A stretch of DNA of 64,000 nt from Ophelia neglecta (taxonomy: Eukaryota). Below are positions 28,700 through 40,792 of the stretch, in pieces. Where the stretch lies: the NCBI GenBank assembly GCA_965285935.1, contig OZ260667.1, positions 23,684,001 to 23,748,000 of the forward strand. Direction: 5' to 3'. Each line of letters begins with the position of its first letter. Position 1 is the stretch's first letter. The notes under the pieces were generated by a model. It made no database searches, had not been told where the DNA came from, and saw nothing but the letters and a program-made list of their open reading frames with translations. The position numbers were made by a program, and so were the translations under genes.

Positions 28700-31089
28700 G
28701 TGTTAAGCTTACATAATATATTTTATTTGTATGAACAAAGACAATAAATTAAGTCTATATTGAAGATTTTATTCAATTACCCATTGTAAGTCTTTTTCAC
28801 AATACAGATCAGATAATACATTCACATACATCCAGGTAGAACTTACAAAATATTTTACGAAAATTACAAATACTTACTCACGAAATGGGCACCGGGAGCT
28901 CTAGATAGTTAAAAGGGGGTCAGGTAGCATGGTGAGGGAGTGTGATGGGTGTCTCCTCCCAGAGAGGGCTCTGGGGGCCTTGCCCAAAGACCCCTCTCTT
29001 GGAGGGGACACCAGTTTCACACCCTCAAAGGGCTATCTGGAGAAACTAATGGAAAGCAAAAGGACTGCCACCCCCTGTGGCCCGTCTAGATCAGCCGGTG
29101 AGATGTGTACGTAACTACAAAGATTCAACACGAGTCCTGATTGACAATCATTACATAAAGTATATTCAACATAGTCTTTACAAATTAAAACATGTCCCTG
29201 TACAAGGTTTTCTATTCAAGGATTTTGTAGAAATGTATATCATTGGATGCTTTTGAAAGTAAGTTTCAGCGCAATGGCTGGGAGGCTGTGGACAATACAA
29301 TACTGAATAAATTAGCCAAAATAATTAACTTCATTGTTAATTGGCGTATTTTTAACACTCTCAGAGTCATACTTCGCTAATGCAATAACTTAACGGAACA
29401 AATGGAGTTCAAATACAATATTATTACAAACACATGCCTCATCTTTATACTGGTAGAACTGGCGAACTTATACAATCGACTATATTTCCATTTTCGTGAA
29501 CTGTATAGCAGTTGAACTTATTTTTCAGCAGTGCGCTCACAAACCTGGTCGTGTATATGCTATTTAATAAGATTGTCTTGGTTGCACTAGGTCTGTTGGA
29601 TTGAGTTGAGTAAGCAGACGAAATCTGAGTAACAGCAGGAATATTTGAGTAAAGAGTATCACGCCTTAGGCAAATATTGCTTATACAAGTCTAGTACAAA
29701 TACATCTCAGATAGCATTACGCGTTTGATTAATACAAACGTATACTTTGTGGTTCTGTGCGCCAGAGTGGTCCACAGATCACGATGTCAAACTCTGTAAG
29801 GAGTCCGTTAGAACAGCGTGCTGTGGTTTGTTTTAATTCTGAATATCTCGGATGAAACAACCAGATAAGACTTGCTGTTTCAGCTGTCAGCAACAGAAAG
29901 ACGCATGCCGCTTGTAAAGGCATTTCTAGAAATAGTGAACATATATAAACACAACTTACATAACGTCTGACACGAGAATAACTAGGCATGATTGTCTATA
30001 GCAAAGGGAAATCTGTTTTTTTTCTACTCTCCAGTCTCTATGCCATATACCAAATTGAGGCTATGCATATTGCGATCACGCTTGAGCATGCCGTTTCCTT
30101 TAATGATAGCTAGCATGAAAATGAAAACGGACTGTTTGACAATCTCGATGTACATAATGAAGGTAGGGCGAATATTCTAGGAGCCTTTAACTCCACAGCA
30201 ATGCCGCCCATTCCGATGGTATCATATTAAATTATTTGACAAAAAGGTATTTCTTATTTGGAAAGAGACACTGACTATTTAAGAAATATATGGATTTATT
30301 TGTTGTTTGATTCACTCTTTTTTGTTGCACTGATAATTAAATGTCAGTTCCCAGTATTAGGCCTACGCTGCTAGCATCTTGAGGTTTAAATGGTTGGCTG
30401 TCGAGAGTATATTAACTGGTTCAGAGCAAAATAAAACTTTAGACGCAATTCCGTTCACGGATGGCCAACTCTCGCGAGATTTGACGTGACAGCTGTCCAG
30501 CAGTGACATCATGTAGCGAGATATTGCATCACCCGTGGAGACTGTTTGATCAGGGTGTGGGACACATCACGCACGACCGACAAGGGCCTCGGGTCTTATC
30601 GCCAACACATGGTAACTCATAGTACCAGTTATGTCATCGAGGCGTTAGCTTGCCAATTGTCAGGCCAACGCTAAGGCCGTAGCAAGACTTTTGTGGCTAC
30701 ATCAATGCTGTACATTCGAAACATATTGTTTTAGTTATTTGTACACAAAAGAAATATTATACAAGTGGCGGCAATCTGCCAACGCAATTGGTTGAGGCTA
30801 GAGCGATCTTTCGACGTCACACCAGTGGACGAATACTGAGATCAATTTTTTGGGTCCGTTAGAGATCCCCGGATGCCAAAAGTCGACTGTTCATTTCTCC
30901 GGTAATCCATGGCGGCAATCCTGCAAAACACTGCGCGCTAAAGACGCCATGTCCGTTGTCATCGTCCCCCAGACGACCCGCTTCGGAGGCTGACGACAAT
31001 AGTCAATAACATTCACAGACATTCACATTCCACGTGGTCACGTACGAGATTCATTGAGGGCTGAGTTCGTAGGGGTCGCCATGCCGGCG
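28700..31089 (-). other. Putative ~2.3-kb Lhx1/5 3' UTR
   Basis: Follows the stop codon and is U-rich/UGUA-rich on the minus strand. Minus-strand AATAAA occurs at 30295-30300, 28768-28773 and 28722-28727. The true end is not determinable. Confidence 0.45.
28921..29039 (+). other. Long imperfect hairpin (~45 bp stem) in the Lhx1/5 3' UTR region
   Basis: CAGGTAGC/GCTATCTG, GTGTGA/TCACAC, GGTGTCTCCTCC(28948-59)/GGAGGGGACACC(29001-12), AGAGAGGG/CCCTCTCT, CTCTGGG/CCCAAAG. Confidence 0.8.
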
Positions 31090-31286
31090 TCACCATGTTT
31101 CCTGCGCCATTTCCGGTGGCGCATGCGTCAGCTGCTGGTTAAACCCTGTTGCCATGGATCTCGGAGGCATGCCCGCGCTGCTGTATGGCCCGTCGGGGTG
31201 CATCGAGGGTATATGGGGCTCCGGTGAGGAGGTAGGAGGTAGGCCCATGTCGCCGTGCATGAACTGACCATCGGGGCCGATTTGAC
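31090..31286 (-). CDS. Lhx1/5: Lhx1/5 terminal coding exon
   Basis: T-rich tract plus tttag acceptor, phase 1. Encodes (G)QIGPDGQFMHGDMGLPPTSSPEPHIPSMHPDGPYSSAGMPPRSMATGFNQQLTHAPPEMAQETW*. The terminal EM....W* resembles the vertebrate Lhx1/5 C-terminus (EMNEAAVW-like). Confidence 0.9.
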
Positions 31287-32272
31287 CTAAAGTAAAAAAA
31301 ACAAAAAACACAATTAGTTTCTTTCGTACATTTTGATGCTTAATTTCAACAACAATTAATAGGCCTACGTTTATTTGGCTGTGGCTAGTGCAATACATTC
31401 ATTTCCGGCAGAAATCGAGCAGAGTATACAGCTGCTCTTCTTTCTGACAAGGAATTTAATTAAGCTATTTTGAAAACATCAAGTGTGGTGGCAACCTTGT
31501 CTTTCGAAAGTCCATTACGCAAGACAAAGCGCGTTCTAACGTGCCAGATCTTACCGACTGCCCTAATAAGGAATCCCAAAAACAGCGACTGTTCTGGGAG
31601 TCTATTTAATCTGAATTATAGTTGATAGTCTTCTGGATAGAAAGGGGCGAGCTAATTTGGCTTCCTTGATGAGAAATCTGGCGGTGTGTCTGTGGCAGAC
31701 GAGCTGTGCGGCGGGAGATGAGTTTTCCGAGGGCTGGTGGACTCCGCCGATTGTTAATGACGACAGCTCGTTGTAGGGACGACGGACGATGGAGGCAAAC
31801 AATAAAGAAGCCAAATTGGACATGGAGAAGCAAAATGGCCTCCGGAGAGGCAGGCTGAGCTGGTCTGTGGCCTGCTAATAGCCGACTGCTCCTCGGAATA
31901 GGAGTTGTAATTAGCTGTAAATTTCTTAGCATATCAGTTCAATGATGGCGACAGCAGGCTGGCAATGGTAAAGACAAAAAGACTTTCACCTTAAGAGCAA
32001 TTTACAGGAGCACATTCTCCACCATTCCCAGCTGAATCTTCTCTGGGGAGGAGTTAGGTCGTTTGAGAATTCCATTAGGCCTATCACAAACGTATATATA
32101 CTTATCTGTACATATTTGTAAGACGTTCGTATAGCCATTTTGCGGTTTGGCCTCCGGATGTTGGATAGAAGAGTGTGTATTACCACTGTGTTTATATATA
32201 TGAAGAAGGGGTGACTGGCAAGATATGGTGTACAGTTCCCTGGCGTCTGATGCTTGATCCGACATCGTGTCG

Positions 32273-32678
32273 GGTGAGGGGGGTTTGACGGAAGGCCGGG
32301 TCTCACCCCGTCTGCCGGTATGTTTGTGGAACCAGAAGTTATGTAGACGAGTCTTTGAAGTGGGAAGTTGAGTTAGCTGAAGGAGACTGGCGAGCGGGCG
32401 TAAGGATGCGTCTCGGCCCCGGGACAGGCAGGAGAAGAGCCGCCGAAGTCGGGTCTGCTCTCCCTGAATGACCGGGCCAGGTGCCCTCCCTTCTCCAAGC
32501 CAGCTGTTCGCCAACAGATCCCCTTTGCCTGCCATTTCGGTTCGCCAAGCGCCAGGGTAAATGTTTTTGTTTAACTTTGGCCGTCGTCTGTAGATTAGAA
32601 GTTTTCGCTGACCCTTCGCCCGCTCTGACATACCGGAGTGGCTTGGCAACATGTTGATGAGTGGTGAGCATGTCAAGC
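32273..32678 (+). other. Intronic structured module
   Basis: Nested perfect 9-bp helices CCGGTATGT(32315-23)/ACATACCGG(32628-36) and GAGCGGGCG(32392-400)/CGCCCGCTC(32617-25). Confidence 0.6.
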
Positions 32679-35600
32679 AAGAGGTCGGGTCGGACCAGAC
32701 GAGAGGGGTGAACGGAAAAACTGTTCCCACTAACAAAACACCGACCGCCTGTCCTCAGACAGACGAAAATCTCACTTCGCCAACCAAGAAATGTCCAAAC
32801 GCCATGGAATAGATCTTAGCTCTTAACTCAGTGGATGGGTATAGAATGTATGATAAACTAGACAAATCCTTCTCGGCAAATTCATTGCATCAAGGTGAGA
32901 ATAGAATGCTACGGAGAGGCGTACGGCATGGAACGATATTTCAAACTTTGAATAAGCCTCTCGCTCAGTACTAGATAGGGTTGGTTCTCATCAACGCAAA
33001 AAAAAGTTTGACAAACGTGCGTTATATTAACTTACGAGCTCTTTGCCACTGAAAGCAGGATCAAAGGAAGCAAAAGCTATTTATCTTTAGGCCCTGATAT
33101 ACGAGAATGTTCAGACACGTTCTAGTTTGATCTTAAACTAAATTCTCAGTCGGACCCACGCTCTAAAATTCTCTCTTCGGGCATCAGGATAGTATTTTTG
33201 TCAGACCTTGCTGATATTAAAATACAAGTCTTATAGTAAGCGCGATATTAGGTCACTATTATCTTCAGGAATCGCATGGTTTTGTCAAGTTATCTGTGCC
33301 ATGATCTTGAGGGACTGACGGGCCAGGAGAGGCCGAAGGGTACCGAGATTTACGGGCAGATCTCCCAAGTCTAGGTTAGAACAGCAGGCCTGGAGACAAG
33401 GAGTGGGAGGGGAGTCAGGGTGGACGATGTGACCACTGACCGTAAGGGGTGGTCCACTCTTATCACGTCATTGTATCAAATCACGTCCGAAGTGCCCCGG
33501 GCTTGGCCCTCATGTGTACTCGGGCTGCTCTTTGATGTTCTGTCAATCGCAAAGCCGAGTGCGGGCAAGCCTGCTCCCTTCTGTTCTCTCTGTTCAATCT
33601 CCATCGCCGGCAACTTTGTTGTGGCAAACTGTCACTCTACACTGGCAGATTGTCGGCTGAATGTTGTGACACACCTATTTAGAATTACTTACTCCGCAAT
33701 CTATTGCCTGAATAGCGCAGCCAAGTTTCTCATTTCGCCATTTGCCGTCAGGTATGCAAACAACGACGACGTGTTTATGAAGGATAACGAGTTTTTAATC
33801 AACAGTGTTTGGCCTGGGTGAAAAGAGCTGACCCTGGTGAATAGCATCTCACCACGGCGCAAGAGAGGGGGAACAGACATAGCAGAAAGCTTCAGTGTAT
33901 GTTCACGCAACCGTGTGCAGTGTTTGTGCTGGAGCTAAATGCGCGCCTTTATACCCAGCAGGCATCTGGAGAGCCGAGGGTTACTGGAGCTAACAGCGTG
34001 ACAAGTTATAAAGAGCCCATCACAGCGCGCAGAAAGATGTCGAGCAGTAACAAACGAAATCTAATTAGTCCTCGACATTGTCCAAGTCATGCTTAAAAGC
34101 CCTAATATTGTGTGGCGATCTGTGCCCTCTCCTTAGCCGTCAATAGTAACATAGAGGGTCGCTTGTATTACACAAGGTACTTTCCCTGCCGGAAATTGCC
34201 TCTATCTGTGTGGTTAGGAACGCAGTGATTTAATACCTGGCTGTGACGGCCGGGCATGTCTTTACTGTCTCTCGGACATCTCGTGAATCAGTGCTACAAC
34301 TCACACCCTTTGTCTTATAGCTCATCAAACCCTCTGACATCATCCTCCCGCCTCGTACATTTCCCAACTATAGCCCCCAAAGACAATGGCCAATTCACCC
34401 ACCAAAGCCGGCCACTATTAGAGCTTGGCAAAGAAAACAAGTACCTATTGAGTATCGGCTTGTCTTGATTACGCCTGCCAAACAAGGAACCATCACGGCT
34501 TTCACTGACGTGGGAAATGACCTAATTGTAGGCGCTACCCATCAGAACTGATCTAGCCCGAAACCACCAACGAAGGCGACACAAGACAATTCAAATGTTT
34601 CTTGCATTTTCTGCATTTTACCAATTAAGGCAAATTTACGTGGAAAATCTGACTAAACTTTTTGTCTTATGTTTCATATTGGTCAATATTCGACTCTCGA
34701 ACTTGTTACGCGTTGTCCTTTGCAGGCCCGGCGTGATGTTGCGATGGGTACCGGAAGCACAAGGTAATCTGTACGTGCAAGGACAATATTTAGTCGGCAA
34801 ATGGTCCAATTCGTGCTATTCTGGTGGTTTATTGAATTCAGGTTGGAAATCGGAGAGAGAGGCTGACCAGGTTAGTGAAAATCTTTAACAAGATCCAGTT
34901 CTGCACACAAGTTAGGGACGAGGGGTGGGTGTGGCGAGTAACTGTAGCCTGGTTCGATGCGGACCAAGTTTGATCTGGCGGATGGAAGGCACGGCAAGCC
35001 GACTCTTGACAAACTAATCAGTCGCCGGCCTCAAACAAAGGGAGCTCTACGGTCGGCTTGGATGTCAGAGAGCTAACAGGGCAGCCAGGAACCCGTGGAC
35101 ACTTGTCGTCTTCTCCAATGTCAGCAAATCGCCTTAGTAGACCTATATCAGCACTGAATACTTGTACATTTCTCTACACAAATGCCATCAGATATGGACA
35201 CCACAGCCACTGAGATCTGCTCGGCTGTTCTCCCGTATTTGTACAGTTAGTATTTGCTGAGTTGCTTTGTTGGCTGGCTGGGAGGTGGCTGGTGGTGACA
35301 TGGTGACTCAGTCCCGGGACTAAGGTCCTTCTCGCTCCTGTAGCAGGCGGCAGCAGCCGAGTCTTTGTCTACAAGGAACAAGGACCACAGACAAGGCTGC
35401 CACAGACTCCAAAGCTTCCCTCAACACACAAACAAACATGTCAGCCCCAGGCGCATGAGTAAATATCATATACAAGGAAACGCAACTTTGAAGGCAATAA
35501 AAAGATAAGATTTAGACTTTAAAGCTGCCAGAGTTGGTAAAAGCCTTACTTTTGTAGCGATTGTATATTTGTGAGCAACAACAAGAGTCAAGAGCGCCGG

Positions 35601-38600
35601 GAGACATGACTTCCTTGAGTTGTCCCTAATCGGTTTAAAGTTTCTGATATAACCGAGGGCTACACGCCGTGTAAATACTCCAACTACCACTGAACTAACT
35701 CCGCTGGCGGGCACTTCTTTAATAGCCAACTACAACTATTTGTCTTCATTGGGTTCAAAGTCAAACTCTCGGCGCTGCTCAAATGTCTGCCAGCCACGGG
35801 GCTGTGCCGGGGAGCCAAGGAATCATAGCCTCTCACTGGCTTAATGGCGGCTAGACTGACTTATAACGATAATATCTGATAGACCGTCTCTCCATCGATA
35901 GAAATCAAATGAATCCAATCATTCATGAGCTATGATTATACGGCATGGCTCGCTGATCTGAAAATCGTTCGCAGATTAACCATCTTTATTCATACGAATC
36001 ATCAATACCAGGCGGTGGTGGCGGGGCCCCCATATACGATTTGTACAGGCCGGTCCATCGACTGATTTTATATTTCTATTGTGGAGAATACAGGCCTATT
36101 CAAGGGATATTCATTCCAATATGGAGAGAATGGGTAGAAATAGAAAGAGCACGGGATCGAGGAATGTACATGTGGTAAATGGCAGACGACACAGGAAGTG
36201 GAATGGCAGAATTCTGCAGACGACAGGCCCGGGAATCAAACGCACACTTGCCAGTTAACAGGCGCTAGAATTAGTTTAGAACATTGCCAAAGGCATTCCC
36301 ACTAGCGACGTTTACCCCAAAACCTAATACCGAACTAACATTTGAAATTGCAATATCGCGGCAATGTGATTTAGGTAATCTTGTAAGGTTTTACGCGTCC
36401 GACGCTGAATTTCATTATCGTCACGAGCCCGCCGGGCACAATTGGCTAACTCGGGCCGCTGACGCTTACTTCAGCCGAGACTACAAACAAAACTGCACCG
36501 CAAGATAAGACTAGCTAAAGTTAGGTTTGCTGGAGCATTCATAACTTCTCACGGAATCTCTGACATGGAAACTTTTTGACTTTTTCATCCACCATCCTGT
36601 CTTAACTGACAGCTGACAAAAATAAGCGGGGGAGGGTTTTGAAAGAGAAGGTGGCGTCGTATGTACGCAAAAATATCAAAACATATTTATAAGTCGACGT
36701 ATACATGATAAATATATGTTGTAGAACATATATCTGAGATGACGTGACAACCAATGGGAAAAAAGAGCCGTTTGCTTAATGTTACAAAGAATGAACACCG
36801 CGATGGGCATGACAGCCCATAGCAGTGCCTTAATAATTTATACAGACTAAGCACTTTTCATCACGAATGCAACCGTTCCGGATACCGAGAAAAAAACACC
36901 ATTATCTCAAAATGTAAACAAAGGAATATCCGTGAAATACTGTCTGCTCGTCTTCCTAGATGTTTTAGAATTTGGCTTTGTAAGAATAGACTCGGCCATA
37001 AACAAAGTCGTGACTAGTAATCCTGACTCTTTTTGAAAAGCTCGGTGGCCGAGAGAAAAGCAGGTTACAGTGAGAATGACACTCGGATTGCCTTCTCAAC
37101 ATCAAACGGTCGAGCATCTCTGCAACTGAGATATGCCAAGCGGCTTTATAATGACTTGTTCTGGGAACGAGGACCTCTGCTCGCCATCCCCTGGAGTTGG
37201 CAGTCGAACTCACGCCCAAATCTAGCCTTGAGCATTATCGAACTGAGGATCGTCTGCCCTGACTTTTTACCCAAATTGAAGGTTTCATATTTCGAACACA
37301 GAAACTTCATTAGGCTTTTGACAATGAGGAGTGGGTGAAATATTGTCCCAGCCGTTTACACTCACTTCGCCGTAATAGTACGGAGTGGAAAACGGAGAGA
37401 AAGGGCTTGTCTCTCTCCAAACAACTTCTGCGTGAGTACCGTAATGGTGCCACCATTACACCACACTCACGGCCCCTGTTTAAAGAGACTTATTTTGATT
37501 TGTCGTTAGTAAATTTATTCATAAAGGCACATGAGTGACACTCGCCTGTGCCGAGCGCGATGGAGGAAGGCCGAGGGCTTGTTGACTCAAGCCGGCTAGC
37601 GTTATTTACCGTATGAATTATTGAGGGCAGCTAGCTATTTGGACATGCCACAATGCCCTGAAGGTATCCGTCGACCGAGCCCCACCGGTGGGGATGGCTT
37701 TAGACATGATAAGAGTACACGGCAAGCAATCAGGCACTGGTCACAAGTTTAATTACATTACACCGGCGAAATGGAGGCTCGGCTCCTCGTATTATCCATC
37801 ATCGGGTTTAAATTGGCCGTAGTTGCTCGCCTAGATGAGTTTATAAAGGCCGGGGTCGGCGAGGCCTGTATTGGACACATAACGGAGACCATCTTTATGT
37901 AGGCATATGTAACCTCTCCGCTTCTATCATGTTCCCAAACATCAATTCCAGCCCGGCAGTCGCTCGCTAGTCATCAGTCTTGTCCGAGAACTAATTTCCA
38001 CGCTCGAAGCGGCTGGCTGCCTTTACCACAAGCCACTCGGTAAAGATAATCTAGAATCCACCTATAATGTGCCCCACTCCCCAAAGAGCCGACTGGCAGC
38101 ATATCCTGATTTATTATTTCGCAAATGTTTTAGAATCGCTTCAATTTCGCCAAGTTTTTTCAGCCCTTATGGTCGTCAACGTTGAGTTGGACAGCGGCGG
38201 ATTTCGTATTCTAAACATGCATTTTAGGCGTCTAGTTTTAACTCTAAGACATGAGGTTGAATAGAATAACCGAGCTAAACGCCGCTATACTTGTTACAAT
38301 TTCTGTTTGTAATTTGCCTCACTCCGAGAATGTTTTCAATTATAATGACGGATTGGGTGGCGGCTCGAGGTGCACAGATACACACTGCCGTTATTAGTTG
38401 CTAATATTTTGCTGTTCAGCACATCTGTTTAATACATCATTGAGGTTGCCACCACACTTGAGATGAGGAAGGTTGCTAGGGGTCAGATCACCGCTTCAAG
38501 TAAATAATATACCAGAAAGAAGCCACTGCCGATCTGGGATTTACTATACAAAATAGGCCGGGAGGGAGGGGAGGGGAGGGGGGGCTGTCATGGCGAGGGT

Positions 38601-39033
38601 CTATATAGGAGGGGTTTGTCCTTCTGGACACCATAAAGAGCCCCTTCCACCCACACACACGATATCGAGGCTCTCGGAGACTAATAATAGGATCAGTCCA
38701 TAGTGATTACTTTATGAACAATCTACACGTTTATTTCAATGACTTAGTAGAAACAGCTTAGACACTGTATGATATTATATATGTGTATATATTTATATGA
38801 CTTAATTAGCATCCATAATAAGTTTACACTGATAAGTTGTATGCACAACATCCAAAGTTATTCCGCATCCTATAGCTTTCAAACAGGTTATTTTTTTCTG
38901 TCATTATAAGGCTATGAAAATAAATAATGTCATTTTCAAATACATTGTTGGAGAACATTGGATACGGATTTAGCGTTGGGTGTTGTTTGTAAGAACGTAT
39001 TGTAAAGAGACGAACCGTATGGTGGAATCCTAC

Positions 39034-39174
39034 CTGGGAGGGGACCGTCGAGCATGGGACTGGAGCCCTGAGGGCCGGAGTTATGGGGGAGGAAGGCCAT
39101 GTTACCCGGGTCCCCAGGCTGGCCTGGGAAATAGTCATTGTAGCCGGGGTAACCTGGATAAAACTCGCCATTCT
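39034..39174 (-). CDS. Lhx1/5: Lhx1/5 internal exon, Tyr/Pro/Gly-rich C-terminal region
   Basis: Acceptor tttctttgcag, donor G|gtagga. 141 nt, phase 1 to phase 1, in frame with both neighbouring exons. Encodes (E)NGEFYPGYPGYNDYFPGQPGDPGNMAFLPHNSGPQGSSPMLDGPLP, resembling the Tyr-rich segment after the Lhx1 homeodomain. Confidence 0.9.
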
Positions 39175-40361
39175 CTGCAAAGAAAAAGAAACACATTATA
39201 TATACAAGTACGGCTATTCACCTCGTTCCCCAGAATTCAAAAGGGGCTATGTTATTCACCGGTGTTATTTAGTTTTGGGGTGAGATTTTCCAAAGTAAGC
39301 CCAGGTGAGCCAACACCATCAAGTGTATCCTTCTAGAGACCAAACACTGTCATTGGATACACCAGAAAACTGCTGAAAGACTTAGTAAAAATGACGACTA
39401 AAAGTGTTACATTTTCTAAAGACACGGCCAGCACATGCAAACAAGGTTAGGAAGGGAATTGTCCCCGGCTGTTTGCTAAGACTCAAACACGTAAAATATG
39501 CAAAATATTTTCTCAAACTAATGCCCGATCAAATATGTCGATTTTGTAAAACATCTACGATAGATTCCGTGCTCACAATGGATACGGTACAACTTCAATA
39601 TAGCGGACACTTGTAAAAATCGCACTGCACACATCCTAACCACGTTTGAAGACTCGCATCTTTTATCAATCCCTCCTGCGAAAGACTAGCACTTGCCGAC
39701 AATTCATTCTACTATTACTTTGGCGATAGTTCGCCAGGTAAATATTGACAAATCTGGCCTTATCTTTTACGAACATGTCAAATCCGGCAAAAAGCAGGTG
39801 AGCACCTGCACAGAGGGGTGGGCGAAAATAGAGGAGATAATAGAGATGGCTCTTCCATTATCATCGCAGGGTTTTCATCTATTTCAAGGTGTGAGGTGCC
39901 TTTTCTTTGCTGTTTGGACACCTGCAACCCTGTTTCCCGTTTGACTTTGTCTGAGATTGGTGATTTAGGAAATGAAGGTATTCTAGCGGAAGCAGACTAT
40001 CACGCACTCTTACGTCGGGGAGAGTAATTTGCCGGGTGTTTAGTGACAGTTCAAACCGTCCGGGCCAATATCCTCCGACTCGGCCTCTTCTATACACACA
40101 CCAACTCTATTACCCACGTGATTATGACTCTAATGAGTTTATTGCCCATCTTTAATTTAATAATGGACTTCAATGATATGCCGTCTGCCCGTTTTAAAGA
40201 AACTGACGCAGACCTTGGTGTGGTGGGATTTTTTTGTTCTGAAGGCATAAGCTCAGGAGGCAAAAAGTATCTATAGGTTAGATACATCGCTAATAAAATG
40301 TCCATGTACACAGTTGAGAAATTTAAAACATATTTCTGTTTATTTTTGTTATGCCCGCCTT

Positions 40362-40792
40362 TAGTTCCTTATCCCACCATTCGGCATTTCAGCTAGGCTG
40401 TTAGCCGCTGTGTAGAGGCGGGAAGAAGTGCCGTACTGCGGCGCCCTCTCCCAGCCAAGTCCCCGCACAGAGCTGTGCTATTGAGGCCGTAGAGAGGCGG
40501 TCGGTAGATGACTACAGGTGTAGGAAGGAGGAGCCATCGATCTAAGTCGTCATCTCATCCGGCTCTGACAGGCCAAAACAAACCGGCCCGGGCCATACCG
40601 CTCACTCCTAGAGTCTCTCACTAAAGCTCCGAGTGCTGGTCGGCCAGAGTAAGTGATATACGCCCCTCGCCGGTAGGCAATTTAAAATCTGGCCGGGGTG
40701 CAGTAGTTTCCAGGGAGCCTTGGTTGAAGAAAAGACAGCAGGAGTCGGCTAGGGTGATGGGAAACTTCTTGTGGGCCTTTGTGCCGGGACTA
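40362..40792 (+). other. Intronic structured module (~430 nt)
   Basis: Closing helices TAGTTCC/GGGACTA and TTAGCCG/CGGCTAG, with at least six internal hairpins. Confidence 0.55.

Noticed and set aside
32002-32736. 244-aa minus-strand ORF in the Lhx1/5 intron
   Set aside because: No recognisable domain, non-ATG start, and it coincides with a GC-rich inverted-repeat module. The Lhx1/5 exons join in frame without it.
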